Source: Klebsormidium nitens (lineage: Eukaryota > Plantae > Klebsormidiophyceae). From it: a stretch of 64,000 nucleotides of DNA. Under the pieces are notes generated by a model that was not told where the DNA came from, searched no databases, and saw only the letters and a program-made list of their open reading frames with translations. Below, one piece after another: positions 36,201 to 48,800 of the stretch. Positions within the stretch are counted from its first letter, which is position 1. Each line of letters begins with the position of its first letter. Where the stretch lies: assembly GCA_000708835.1 (NCBI GenBank), contig DF237392.1, forward strand, positions 12,876 to 76,875, in the 5' to 3' direction. The translations under genes were made by a program, and so were the position numbers.

Positions 36201-39200
36201 CATAGAAAGATTGTCAGAGCTTGAAGAAATTCATTATTCAGAAGGAACCGCCTTTAAAGAAACAATCCATCTGGTGAAGTAGCTTCGACACAGCTCTGAA
36301 AAGGCCTTGGAGATCTTGTGAGCACTTACATCATAATCAGACCTTTGACACCTCTCTTCCAGAGAGTCGGGCTCCACATAAGTTCCCACTCCAGTTGCAG
36401 AGCGTAGCAGCGGAGATCAGCTTGAAGATGACCCTGCATAGGCGACAGTAGCTTTGTAGAGAACTCTTGCACTGTCTTAATCACGGGGAGAATCTGTGTC
36501 AGCTCTGCGGACTTCGCCAAAATTGACTTAAGCAAGAGCATCGATATCTCATAGTTCTAGATGTACCCTCCCGCTTGATGATTTCGAAGGCTGCTGAATC
36601 GGGCCACCGATGAGAGCTTTGAAATTCCTCCCCAAAACCTCCGCAATGAGCTCTTCATTGTTTCGACCTGCAAGCTGTCGACTCACCGGAAAAAGTAGCT
36701 CGTTCGGGTGGATGGCGAGGTGCTCTAGCTGCTTCCCTCTGATGGCGCCATTGTTCGTGAGAAGCCAGCGCTGAAGCTGTTCGGGCAACGTGCGGAACAG
36801 AGCGTCCGTCCAGACCGTCTCCTGCGAGGTCAGGTCTAGTTGCCCCTGTTCGTTTAGCCCGGGTAGCACGAAGAGGCTGGGGATGCCGGCCTTTACCAGA
36901 GTTTCCGGAAAGACGTACGTCATGGCCGTCTTGCCCGCTTCTCGCTTCCCGTTGTTGTCGATCAGGGCAATCGCGGGGACTCCCTCGCGCTCGAAGTGGT
37001 CGAGACACTCGTAAGCCACCTGGAGAGGGTAAGGAGGGCTGCATCAAAGCTTCGGCCCACGTTCCAGGCGCAAGCATGAGAAGATACGTCAATTTTCCAA
37101 GGCAAACAGACTTAAAATGTCCTTTTTCCGAAAGCAGAAGTAGCTTTTGTGTGGCCTACTGAATGAAGGACTACACTTCCAGAACCCCGTATCCGGCGCA
37201 CACACACGCGCGCGAATAGTAGGACTTTACAGCAAGACGCTTGAATGTAGAATTTTCTTTTTCGACCAACTAATGTAACAGTCACACAGTGCTGACTCTT
37301 TGAAACAAAGGTGACCAGAGAATGAAAGCGGATCCTGTATACACTCACATATTACGTACTTTTGAAACATCTACCAGATTGTCAGTGAGTATCTTCCAGT
37401 GATCTGGATACGAATCGATACGAACGCTGATCGCCGAGCCCCACAGAGGTTAGATCTCATTTCAGCGAGACGATCCAACGGAAATAAGCGCACCTGCATA
37501 TGATCGCCGTGGCGCACGCTATTCACCACCAAACCGTGCACGTGGGAGTTAGGCGGCTGCTCCTGCGCCGCCTGGATCGCCCTGTAGTCCGTCACCATGT
37601 CTGCGATCATGCGCTTTACCGCAGGGTGTTTCTCCAGCTGAAATTTCGGTTTCGTGTTTTCGGTGACGGCAAATCTGGCGTCCACGACGAGTTCGACTTC
37701 GTGGTACTGGACCGTGGCGGGATCCGCCAGGTAGGGGAGGCCGTAGTACGTGCCGGTCTCGGGGGCCAGGAGGACCACTCGGAGAGGGCGTTCGAGGGCT
37801 GTCTGCAATGGACTGCGCATGAATGAGCTCCGATCCGATTCCGTGACGCAGGCAGGGGTCAAGAAAGTGCTACTGAAACTCTCCCTTGACTGAAAGGAGG
37901 ACGTAGCGCCACATTTTGGGGAGCTATTCTTAAGCGAGGATTTTTTGCTGCTACCATGCCGCGGCTCTTGCTCAATCTCTAGATCTATGAAGGCTTTTAA
38001 CCAGTCCAGGTGAGGAACCACATGACAGTCGTCAGCATACCGAGATTAATGTACTCAACGATGCCCCAAGGGGCTTTCTGACCCTCCGTCAGAAAAGAGT
38101 ACAAACTAAATGCAGCTAAGTGGTCAAAGCCTGAAGGCATTCTTACGGTACGGAGCGTTGGAAGAATTCGAACCGATAGAAATTGGAGAAGGCTAAGCAT
38201 GTTGGGACCATTCAAGCTTGAACGATCCGTTCCGGACGAAGATTCTTTGAGGTTGCGGCTCAAAATATCACCTGGAGCCCGAGCAGGGCGAACGGAGTCG
38301 CGGTGATCCCGGCGACCGCCGCCACGCTCTCCACCAGGGGCCGCGCGCCGTCCCGGGTCCCGCGGAAGACGCCCCGGTCGAGCGCCCCGATCATCACGCG
38401 GCCGCCTTTCTGCAGGCAGAACGACTGCCGGCAGAGGTCCCACTCGTCGAACGTGACGGAGATGGGGTACAGAAGCTTCCCCGTTTCCTGGCTGGTTGCG
38501 CGCATCAGCTGGCGGCTCTCCAGCAGGGGGGCCATCATGGCCTCAACCAAGCCCCCCTCGAAGTCGACGGTTTTTGCGACCATGTCAGCCCGGGCGCTTC
38601 GCACGACGACTTGCTGCAGGCACAGCGGGTCGTACTCGCGGTCCTCTGGAAGGTCGCGGAGCTGCAAAAGAATCGTGTACGAGTCCAATTGGTAGTTTTG
38701 AACGATAATTGGGGCTGATAAGTTTGCACGTTCTCGCCATATTGATAGATTCGAAGACACAGCAAGCAGAATAAAATGTACAGGGGCCTTGCCTTATATC
38801 TCTCCAGGGAGGACTCGACATGCTTCCTCTCTCTTATGTGGCTGTCTGAAGGCTGTCTGAGGGCTACTCCAAATTGGACAGGCAAAAAAGCTTCCCTTTC
38901 TCAGATCTCTCAGAAAGCCTTATAAAGAAAGAGATGGCAAGATTGCATCGACAAGCGAGTATCGTCAGAAGCATGTAACAGCGCATCGATTCCCTAGCTC
39001 AAACAGTCTGAAAGAACGCTGATCGAGATCCTAAGGTTTCACTTACCATCGGTATCACGTGCAGATTCCTGACGGGTATTGCCTCAAATATCGAGGTCGA
39101 TGCGGGAGTCAAGGTGAGACCCAGGCCAGGTGCGGTCAAGAGCGCTCTGACGTCTTTGTTGACGTCCTCGAGCGCCGTCCAGATATTGTACCGGCTCTGA

Positions 39201-40520
39201 ATGATGTTCCTGGCCATCGTGTAGTAGACGGGCAGCTGGCCGAAGATGAACCGGAGTGCCCAAACAGACTGGGCAGCAATGCGGGTCTTCCGGACTTGCA
39301 TCAGTCCAAACGTCAGGCTCGAAGAACCAGCCGCAATGTGTGACAGCTGCAAGGTCGAACAAATCCCGTCAGAATTTATATAATGACATCTCAGGCAAGT
39401 CATGAATGCAAGCTTTCTGCCAATCTGTTCCGAAACTCCCGAGTCCTGTGATCTTTCTCCCGCAAAAGCAGAGGAGAACCAGCTGATGTAAACAGCGTCG
39501 AGTTTGAATTGAAGCCATCCTTGCAAGTAAGCTCGTTTTTGTGCAGATACGGGGTAATCGTTGTTAGACCGGGGTCAATGCGGTTCATACAAAACGAACT
39601 TTGGTCGTCTGCAAGCGACTAGACGAAAGAAGTCAAAAGACCTAAAGTTCTGGTGAAGAAAGATGAGAGCGTGCGGACTGAGTGCTCACCTGCTCTGCCA
39701 GAGGCACGTTCGTGTTCACATACTTGTGAGTCACGATCCGGAGGCAGCAGCGCAGCAGGAATGGCCAGTAAGCGGGGACGTATCTGCAGATGCAGCGGTC
39801 CCCCTTGCAGTCCTCCTCAGCAACTTTCATGATCACGGCAGGGTTTCCCGAGACTTCAGGAACCACGCCTCGCTGAGGCAGGGCACAGAGGGGCATGACC
39901 GAGACCCTGTTGGTTTTCAGAGCCGGAACGAGGCTTCTCGTTACCGCACGCGCCACAAGAAATTTGCTGCCAGCTTCTGCGTGCCGGCTCTCCGTCGTCC
40001 ATCCGCAGACCTTCGCTTGGTCGGAGCTGTCAAAGGCCGCGGGCGCTTTCTCGGCAGCGAGGCGGTTGCGGAGCTCGACGAACTGCTGGTGAACGGAGCT
40101 CGGGGGAGTCATGAGCTTATCATACCCGCGCCTGAGCTTCTCAAGGACGCTCTGCAGCTTGATGAAGTCCATCGCTCCTCCGCTGTTCATGCACCCTTGC
40201 GCCTCGGCAGTCGACTCACTCGCGATGGCGTTGGCCTGAGCTCTTATGTTTATCAGCCAGCGCTCAGCCAACATAACTTTCGGCTCTTCGATTGCGACAC
40301 GAAAGGAAGTGGAGCGGGGAGCGCGCACCGTTTCCTCTTCGACAGGGTGGTCTGCCGGGCCATGTTCCTCATCTAACGGCGCTTCTCCACCTTGAGCCTT
40401 ACTCTGAGGGAGAATGACCGTTGGTTCGATGAGCCGCCTCACGAGTTCAGCCCCATTTGCCAGCGAGCCCTCTGTAGACCCTGACTCCTTGGCGACTTTG
40501 GTCCCAAAGACGTGCTCCAT
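30257..40520 (-). CDS. Large multi-exon protein with an SF2-type P-loop ATPase plus Z1-domain-like module and a low-complexity C-terminus
   Basis: Exons at about 40520-39690, 39346-39047, 38661-38272, 37802-37494, 37019-36570, about 36050-35807, 35042-34821, 34378-34133, 33369-32925, 32131-?, about 31448-31217, about 31120-31008, about 30872-30752 and about 30411-30257. Intron phases match at all junctions checked except the unresolved 36570-36050 link; the internal end of the 32131 exon is also unclear. Motifs in order: GLMQVRKT, SVTFDEWD, AGITATPFALL, LLAPETGTYYGLPYL, VAGTKANRA, LTHAYF, EMLLQRLGR, PKLYLP. The start codon is tentative. Confidence 0.7.
35210..35262 (-). repeat. Decayed copy of the acceptor and 5' exon at 35042 of the Z1-like gene
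   Basis: ACAAGCGGTTATGGCAGCTTATCGCGGCCGCTTATGGGCGCCGGTGGATCA versus the real ACAG|GCGGGTTTGGCAGCGCATCGCGGCCGCGCGCGGCGCGCCGGTGGACCA. Confidence 0.7.
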
Positions 40521-43500
40521 GCTTGCGCGCGGTGCCCCTGCACGTGCAGAAATTGACTGATTAATCATGACTCGACCTCGCTTGCGTTCTATTGACTATT
40601 ACATCGTCCCGGTAGCCCTGTACAACAGGGTTTGAACGTTCCTCTATGAGGCACTTCAGTAGCTTTCGGTGCACAATCTGTCGGAAGGTCTGACAATGCG
40701 AAACATCAGAACAGGTCTCATCTCCTTTGCTTTCTCACTGCATTCGTAGATGGATGCTGGGGGCCTTTTGAAAGTCAATCTATGATCTGATCTGCCTGAT
40801 AAAACAAAGAGGTGCAGTATGTCTTTGATCTGATCAATTCTTCCTGAGTCAAGAATCAATAAAAATCACCAAGAATGAAAGCTCTGCTAGCATTTGGAAA
40901 GCTCAAAGAGAGAACGCATGTAAAGCTGGAGATTATACAGTCTACTATCGTGTATGTTTCTCTTGACCTGATTTTGTTAAGATTGAAGAGTGACATGTAT
41001 AGGTGTATTTTATGTTGCTTGCCTTGACGATTCAACCTAGTTTTAACATTCTAATTTTGGCCAGTATGGACTCATTCCAAAGCGAAGCCTGTCAAAGGAC
41101 CTCTAAGGAAAAGCAGGCTCCTTATCATCAATCAAAAGTTAAAGGGCACCGGAATGTTCCAGACTCACTCGTCACCTTAGCTCTATCAAAGTCAATGCAA
41201 TTGTCTAAAAGTTCAGTGCATTTAAACACGCTTTAAACCCAACCGTGTTCTGCTTAAAGGCTTCTCATCAGACATGTCCTTATCATGCAAAAGTATGATC
41301 TCACTGATGAATTGATAGGATCTTTTCAAACAAGTTGTGATCAAAAAATTAATCTTAAGAATGAGATACTGACCGTGTCACTTAAGTTGAAGCAAACCAG
41401 AAGACCTTCAATTTGTGCTGGATCATTGCAGGTCAATTTCAAGGTGCCAATCCTCCATTCTCTCGTCAAAACCTCCTGATAGTCCCAGAGAACTTTCGGG
41501 CAAATCGTCTCTCGTTCAAACCTCCGATCACGCTGAGGAGTTTGATGGGAGCTGATAGACCATATGTAAACCTGCAATAAACAAACTGGAATGCTGTGTC
41601 CTTTTTGTGACAGCCTTGCAACGTGATTGTTGCGTGTCCACGTGTATTCTTGTGAAGGCTTGTCTGGAAGAGACTTGTGAGGAAAGAGATGCGATCTGAG
41701 GATTGAGAAGGCTCTGAATCATTTTGAGAAGCGAGTCAAAGGAGTTGTTCGCTTTTCTTGCTCTGCTCAAGCCGACGCGCGAGCTTGAGACGATTGTCAA
41801 TCTTCTGCACCGCAGGAAAGGACGTGACAAATCAGTCAGCCAATCATTTGGCAGCGATAATACTCACCTAGGGTAGTTTCATGACATGATGGTGCAAAGT
41901 CATGACGAAGGAAGAGCTAGCCTGGCCAAGAGAATAGCTTGACAGCTAGAGTAGAACTGGCCGCAGCTTTGAGGGCTATTTTGGGAAGCCTCCTAGACAA
42001 ATGTTGAACCTGAGCATGCCTGGACGAAGCGCGAAGAACCGGCCACTTTAGGAACGGTCAGCCCTACTGATCAATAGCTTTCGTGATCAACGATGAATTG
42101 TGACCAGGACGATCAGTGGTCGACGTCGCCGGACAATATTCAATTTATACAGAACCACAAATTAGGTTGTAAACGTCTTCTCCAGCTTGCCTCTAACTTT
42201 CGACCTGCATGCAGCCTTTGATTCTGCTCGGAGGCTTCTGCCGAAGCACTAGGTTGTTTGCTTCTCGGAGGCTGGGATTTCATCCACACCCTGGAATATC
42301 ACAATCTACAAAATGGCTTATCGAACCCGGGTTGTCCCATGCAAGTAGAGTCCAACTGAAACGCGAGCCGGCACTAAGGCCGAAGATAGGCATCATCTGG
42401 CTTGCTTCTTGCGCTTACCTGATCTTTGTTTACTCAATCTTTCCTCGGCTTTCTTGAACCCGCGTGCCAAACGTAGACTTCCGGCCTAGCTTATTAGGGC
42501 GCTAAGCGGTTCCCTAGCTCTTTCATTTTCGCCCCATGTGCATATTAACACCGCCTTCGGCTACCGCTTCAAGTTTCTGTTATCTTTTGCCGCCAGTCGC
42601 CCTCAAGGACGTCAGCAACCGCGCGCTCTCGCATTCACCATAACAACGTCGAAGGAGATGGATCCTTGCTCTCGCTTACCAACACGGGGCCCTTCTTAGA
42701 AGGACCCGCAACTGTTTCCTGCGGGTGATACCAGCAGATTGAGGGCCTACTGTAGCTTCCAGTTCTGCACCATACCTTTAGGCTAATAGGCCCTAATCCG
42801 GCATCTTCCTTTGCACAGCCGCCGACTCGTGCTTCAAAAGGCGACCAATATCTGCTGTAAACGGGGTCCCAACCAGAGACTTGCCTGTTGACCCGCCGAA
42901 GCTGGTCGCCTCCACCGGTTAAAATCATAAGTCGCGAAGACGGGCCAAGCGCCCGCGGGCGGCCCCGCGCAGGCGCGCGCGGGCGCCTCGAAGTCGAAGT
43001 GCTCGTCATAGCGTTCAAGTGTGGCCCTGCCTCTCCGCGCTGCGCGGGCTTGTTGCGCTCGGCACGTGGCTCACGAAGTGGGCGACTCCAACAGTCGAGG
43101 TTCGTGTGAGGGGGGCGGGCGGCGAATAGTGAGAGTCGATGACACTGTGAGAAGATACATTGTCTGATTCCCGTCTGATGAAAAGACCAAACAGGATGTA
43201 ACCTACTGTAGCAAGGAACCAAACAAGGTTCCTGATAAGAACACATTGGTCACGAGCTCAGCGACTCTCGAGCCACCTGGGGGGGCTGCCAAGTCGTCCG
43301 CCAGAGCGGCGGATACTCATATGCGTGTTCGCGCTTCGTTAAAGGGTACCATCAAGAGCCGAAAAGATGCTGCAAAGCTGAGGCAAGGCGCTCGTAACGA
43401 GCATGGGCAAGTGAAAGAGGAGCTTTGCAGCATTTAGAGGCTACCTCCGATGTCATGAAGCTTTCGACCAGTGACGCGGCTCAGAAGGTCAGACCTTGAA

Positions 43501-43602
43501 CGGAGCACCGAGCGCTTCTGTCGCAGGCCTTATAAACCGGCCCGAGTTAGTAAAGGCCGCACCAATTTGACGAGGGTTTTGATTGCAAGCGCGCGTACCG
43601 CC

Positions 43603-43879
43603 NNNNNNNNNNNNNNNNNNNNNNNNNNNNNNNNNNNNNNNNNNNNNNNNNNNNNNNNNNNNNNNNNNNNNNNNNNNNNNNNNNNNNNNNNNNNNNNNNN
43701 NNNNNNNNNNNNNNNNNNNNNNNNNNNNNNNNNNNNNNNNNNNNNNNNNNNNNNNNNNNNNNNNNNNNNNNNNNNNNNNNNNNNNNNNNNNNNNNNNNNN
43801 NNNNNNNNNNNNNNNNNNNNNNNNNNNNNNNNNNNNNNNNNNNNNNNNNNNNNNNNNNNNNNNNNNNNNNNNNNNNNNN
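43603..43879. other. Assembly gap (run of N)
   Basis: 277 consecutive n characters; ORFs spanning it in the track are artefacts. Confidence 0.99.
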
Positions 43880-45865
43880 GGCCCGAGTGGCAGTGCGCAA
43901 ATACTTCTAACACCGCCCACGTGCAGGCCCAAGGCGTGCAGCACGACTGTACGCGATCCAGCACACCGCGCGCGCACAACCATATGCTGCGCCCGTCGGC
44001 GTGACTTCTTCGGGCCCCTTGACTCCCGCGCCCAGCCCGGCCCGCGCCGCGGCTGCCCTAGCAGCCCCGACACCGGCCGTGACCGCTCCATCTATTTTCC
44101 CGGAGGTTTTTCCCTTTTTCTAACCTTCCTTCTAAAGAGGGCGTCTAACCACGTGGATCCGCGACGGCCCTTTCGCAGGATATCCTGCGCTCAGGTCGCC
44201 AAGAAATCGGTCACGTGATCCCGAATCTAGCGACGGAGTGCGGGCGCACGAGCTACTTCGTCGCCGGGGCATTACGGATCACAGTACGACGCCCCCTTAA
44301 AAGGTATTGTGCGCAAAAGGCCACAGATTGGGTGGCGTTTGAGGCTGATCCGTCTTTGCAGGTCATTTTGCGAGTTCGCTTTCCTTATCAAGACCTTCGT
44401 CTTTTTCTGCACGTAGCCGGTGGAATTCCGGCGGCTCTTCTCCCCGGCCGCTAAATTTCGTGAGGATGGCGTGGCGCGTTCCTCCTGATTCGGACTCGCC
44501 TGCTGTTCCCGTCGTGATTAAGTACAAGGAATCGTCACCCGGCCACTCGGTGTTCCACCTTGGTACGAATTTGATGACCCCGGACCGTTGAAACATTAGC
44601 TGGCCAGGAGCAAGTCGCAAACGTACTGAAGCGCTATAAAACTAGGACAGAATACAAAGTATATTGAGGATACTGAGGATAACAAACATCTCGCCTTGCG
44701 TGCTCATCTTGCGGCAAAGCTTGACAGCTTTGGTCACTATCTGGTAACTGGTTTCGAAGTGGGAAACAGACGTCTTCGTCCTCCAACTCTTGCACTCAAG
44801 CTCAGCTCAAAACGAGTGGCCCACCGTAAATAGAAAAATATAATCGAGTCTGAACTCGAAGTGGCCAGGTGTGAGCATTTTGTCAAGCTCTAGGGCGACT
44901 GAGTTACTTAGGACGCTGTCAACAGCCTGTTCCTTTATCACGTCAGCGGCGTATCGCGTTACTTAAATGTCCTAGCAGCAATGAACATGCTCGGTGGATT
45001 CCGTATCATGACTCGCACACGAACACATGACCCACGCGCAAGCACACAACGAGTACCAATCAGTATAGAACATGACCTTTTCGTGCCCGGCAATTCCGCC
45101 ATCAAGTCCTGTCTAACTCAAGCAGTGCAGGCTTGTTGATTAGCTTCACCCCTTTAGTGCATGATACTGATAGATTGCCGAACGAAGGTACCGTAGTAAC
45201 AACAATAATTCCTATCCATAAGGTTCAAGCCTATTCATTGCTGCTCATGCTGACTGAGTAAAGACCGGCGATCAATAAATTGCAATTGCGACCATGTAGC
45301 AACCGGGCCGGCGCCATACCGTATGGAAGTATAGCAACTGCGGCAGTGCCAAGGAAAGCACTTATGCGCGTACGTGCGGCGGCGGGCGCGCCGCGCGTCA
45401 CGGTGCGCACAAGAGTGCATGCATGCCATAACGATATAGTCACGTTGAGCCACCCACTGAAGCCGCCCCATTCGGACGCGGCGGCGTGCGGCCCCGGCTG
45501 CTTGGGCTGGCCCGCAATCGCAGGGGGCCTAGGCTAGCAGACTGGCCCGGGCCTGCATAACGGGGGCGCGCAGCGGCAGCACCCAGTGCCAGCAGAATCT
45601 GGCCTCAGTAGTACGGTCACACGGTAGCTCATGCATAAGTACGGTAGATTGCAATACAATGAGGAGGGATCTAGTGAACCAGAGGTTATTGGGCCGGCCA
45701 TGCAGGACGTCATAATCGGATATCCACCAAGAACTTGAAGCGTGGCCTGTCACATGTCCTATTTGATTCAATGTGATAATCTTGGGACGGAATTCTGATA
45801 GGGATCCGAACTATATATTGATGTTGTCGAAGTTGAATATCCGCGTGTCCATTTACATTGACCTA

Positions 45866-48800
45866 TTATATCAGCGGTTCCATCAGATGACCATGCTCCC
45901 CTTCCCCTAGCCCCTCCTCGTCACCTCCCCGCCGTCGACTTCGACGTGACGCCCAAGGCATACAGTCATCCCACCGCCACTGACCGAACCCTAAACCCAG
46001 CCCTTGCGATCGTAACCTCCTCTCTAACCCGCTCTCAATATCGTCAAGTTGCTGCGCCATTTCCTCCGCCCGTTGCCGCAGCTCGGCCGCCCGCTCGTCC
46101 GCCATTTTGAGGGAGCTCTCGGCGGCCGCGCGCGCCGCAATGGCGGCTTGAGCAATCTCTTCCTTCGACGAGATCTTGGCGTTAGCTTCTTCGGCCGCTC
46201 GTTTCCATTGGGACACCAACATGTTAAGGCGGGCGACCTGCAGCGGACCGGAGGCAAATTAAACCTTCCTGATGGGCGTCACAAATCGTTAAAGTTGTAG
46301 GGTTTCCGTGTTTTGGGATCCCGCCCAAAACGAATTCTCGCAAATCGTTGTCAACTCCCTGATTGCGAGCAGTAAAGTACTGCCGGGATGACAGTGGTTG
46401 TTTTACGGAGCATGTCACGACAAGGAGATGCGCTCTGAGGCACACGCAATATTTCTCGCAAACAGCTTGGCGAAACAAGGCGCTGAGCAGGTGAGAGCCT
46501 TCAAAGCCGTGACGAAATGTCTTTGCAGTTTGAAGGGTGTACTGAAAAGCGCTCCTTCCAGGATTTTCCGTTTGGTAAAATGTTTGCCTCGCGACTCTGC
46601 TCCTTCAAAAGCAGCTTGGCAGAAACTAGAGTCTGGAGGACGGGCTGCTCGCCACGCACGAGCTTTCGTAGTCACCCTTTCATGGAGTCGACGTCAATAC
46701 CGAGCAGAAGTGGTTGCAACGTGTTGTTGTTCCGCTTAACCGCACAACTCAGAAAACGTCACCGCCGTTCTTGCTAAAGCTGAAAGGGCTTCCAGATTTT
46801 CGGCCAAAAATGACAGCTCACCTCCCGCGAGTTCTTGTCGAGCTCCTCCATCAGCTCCCCGTTCTCTGACGTCACCCCCTCGTGCCGGCCCTTCCAGTCC
46901 GTCACCTCCTGCTTCGCCGCGCGCACCTCTGACGTCAGCCCCTGTATCTCGTCCCGTAGTTCCGCCTCCCGTTGCCGCGCCTCGGCCAGCTTACCCTCCA
47001 AAGCGTCGCAGTCCGCTTGCTTGGAGGCGGTCGCGGACTGGGCCGCTTCAAGCGCTTCTCGTAAGGACGCGACTTCGGCCTCCGTGGACTCGAGCTTCGT
47101 CCTGCAGAAAGATTTCCGGTTTCAGGATCCGTGTCTAACTGTTCTCCTACAAGAAGTCACTGATTCCGGAAGCTAAGTCGAGCTTTTAACTTTTTGACAA
47201 AAACCTGTTCCTAGGAACTATCCTGACTGTCTCCTACGTCAAATATGTTCGCATTGAGATCGTGAGAACAACGTCGGCGTGCTGGGTTTCCAATCAGGCT
47301 TTCAGAATCGATCTGAGAGAATGTTTCCGGCCCCGAATCCCTTCGCTTGTCCGCACGTGAACCCTCAGAAGAATGCAGAGAGGAGACTGCAAGGTGCGGC
47401 AGAACTGGACTCGTAACCTCGCACAGAGACCGGTTTGACAATTGCCAAACAAAACGGCCGCAAACTTGGTCTCGCTCGTATTTCGTCGACTCTTCAAAAG
47501 GGTGGTTACTGCGGAGTCCAAACCCAAGGACGCTCGACATGTTCACTTTCAGGGGGATCCCTCCGTCTGCCAATTCTCGACCGGAGCCCTTCAATGACGT
47601 GACGCTCACTGAAGTTGGCAACAAGTCTTCTCCAACGCCATGCTTTAGACTTGATTGCAGCTGCATACCTCTTTCCTTGGCACACAATCTACCGGAAAAT
47701 GCATAGACGACAATAGGCAATCTTCCCCTCCGCTTTTCCCTTTTCTAGGCCGCTTCTCCCGCCTGTGTTTCTCTCCTTCTTCTGCTAACATCAACCTTGC
47801 AAACTGCAGTACCCTGAACTGAAGTACCCCTCCTGACCAACCGCCTCTTACAGATGCCACGTTACACAGCCGAAAGTCCCTTCATACAGATCTGCAGAAC
47901 TCACGGACGGCCTCACCTGAGCCTTGCGCTCTCTTCCCCGCGCGGCTGCACAACTTCTCTGAAGCCGCACCCACAATCCGGTTAATCAATTCACCAAAAA
48001 CACAAATCTCTTATGCCAAAAGTCCAGCAATCCCAAATCCCAAGCCCGCCACACCTAAGCCCCGCGCTCTTCTCCTCCCACGCGGCTGCAAATGTTTCCT
48101 GAAGCGGCCACCACAGCTCTAAAATCAGAGGGTTAAGGCGTACCCTCAGACGCCAAGATACGAAACCTCAAATCAACTCAGTCCCGCGCTCTCCTTTTGC
48201 AAGGCTGCACAGAGATTTTTAGGCCGCATTCACAACTCTCAACGTAGGTACACACTTTGCACGTCAAAAGTCTCAGAACCCCAAACCCGAAGCTTGCCTC
48301 ACCTGAGCCCCGCGCTCTCCTCCCTCGCGGCCGCCAGCCCCGCCTGCGCCTCCTCCCTCCCTCTCTCCGCTTCTGCCAGCTGTCCTCTTTCAAGCGCAAC
48401 GATCCCCTCCGCCTCGCGCTGCCCCTTCTCCGCGGCCGCCCGCGCGACCCGCTCCTCGTCGAGCAAAGCCTGCAAACCCCCGCCCTTGGTCGCCTCCCGG
48501 AGCGCGCCCTCGAGCCGCGCCAGCTCCGCGTCCTTGGCCGTGAGTTCCTTGCCCAGCGACTCGATCTCCTCGGTGCTTTCCACCTGGGGGGCAGTGGAAG
48601 AGTTGGAGAAATGAGTAACAATAATATCTTCGGGGCTTTCCATCTGAACGATGAAGGAGACGGAAACTCACACCAGTCTCAAGTCAAAGAGGTTTCCTTG
48701 CATTATCTCGGTGCATTTAAGGGTGCTCTGCGTTCGTTGCCGCGTCTTGAGCTCTTTGCCCCGACTAGAGTCCCTCGGTTCTTTCAACAAAGGTCAAATG

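Noticed and set aside
39663-40376. 237-aa plus-strand ORF and similar antisense ORFs over GC-rich exons (e.g. 38303-38695, 49184-49801, 50246-50611)
   Set aside because: These are shadow ORFs from high-GC3 codon usage on the opposite coding strand.
43471-44218. Long ORFs in the supplied track
   Set aside because: They are open only because they read through the N gap.
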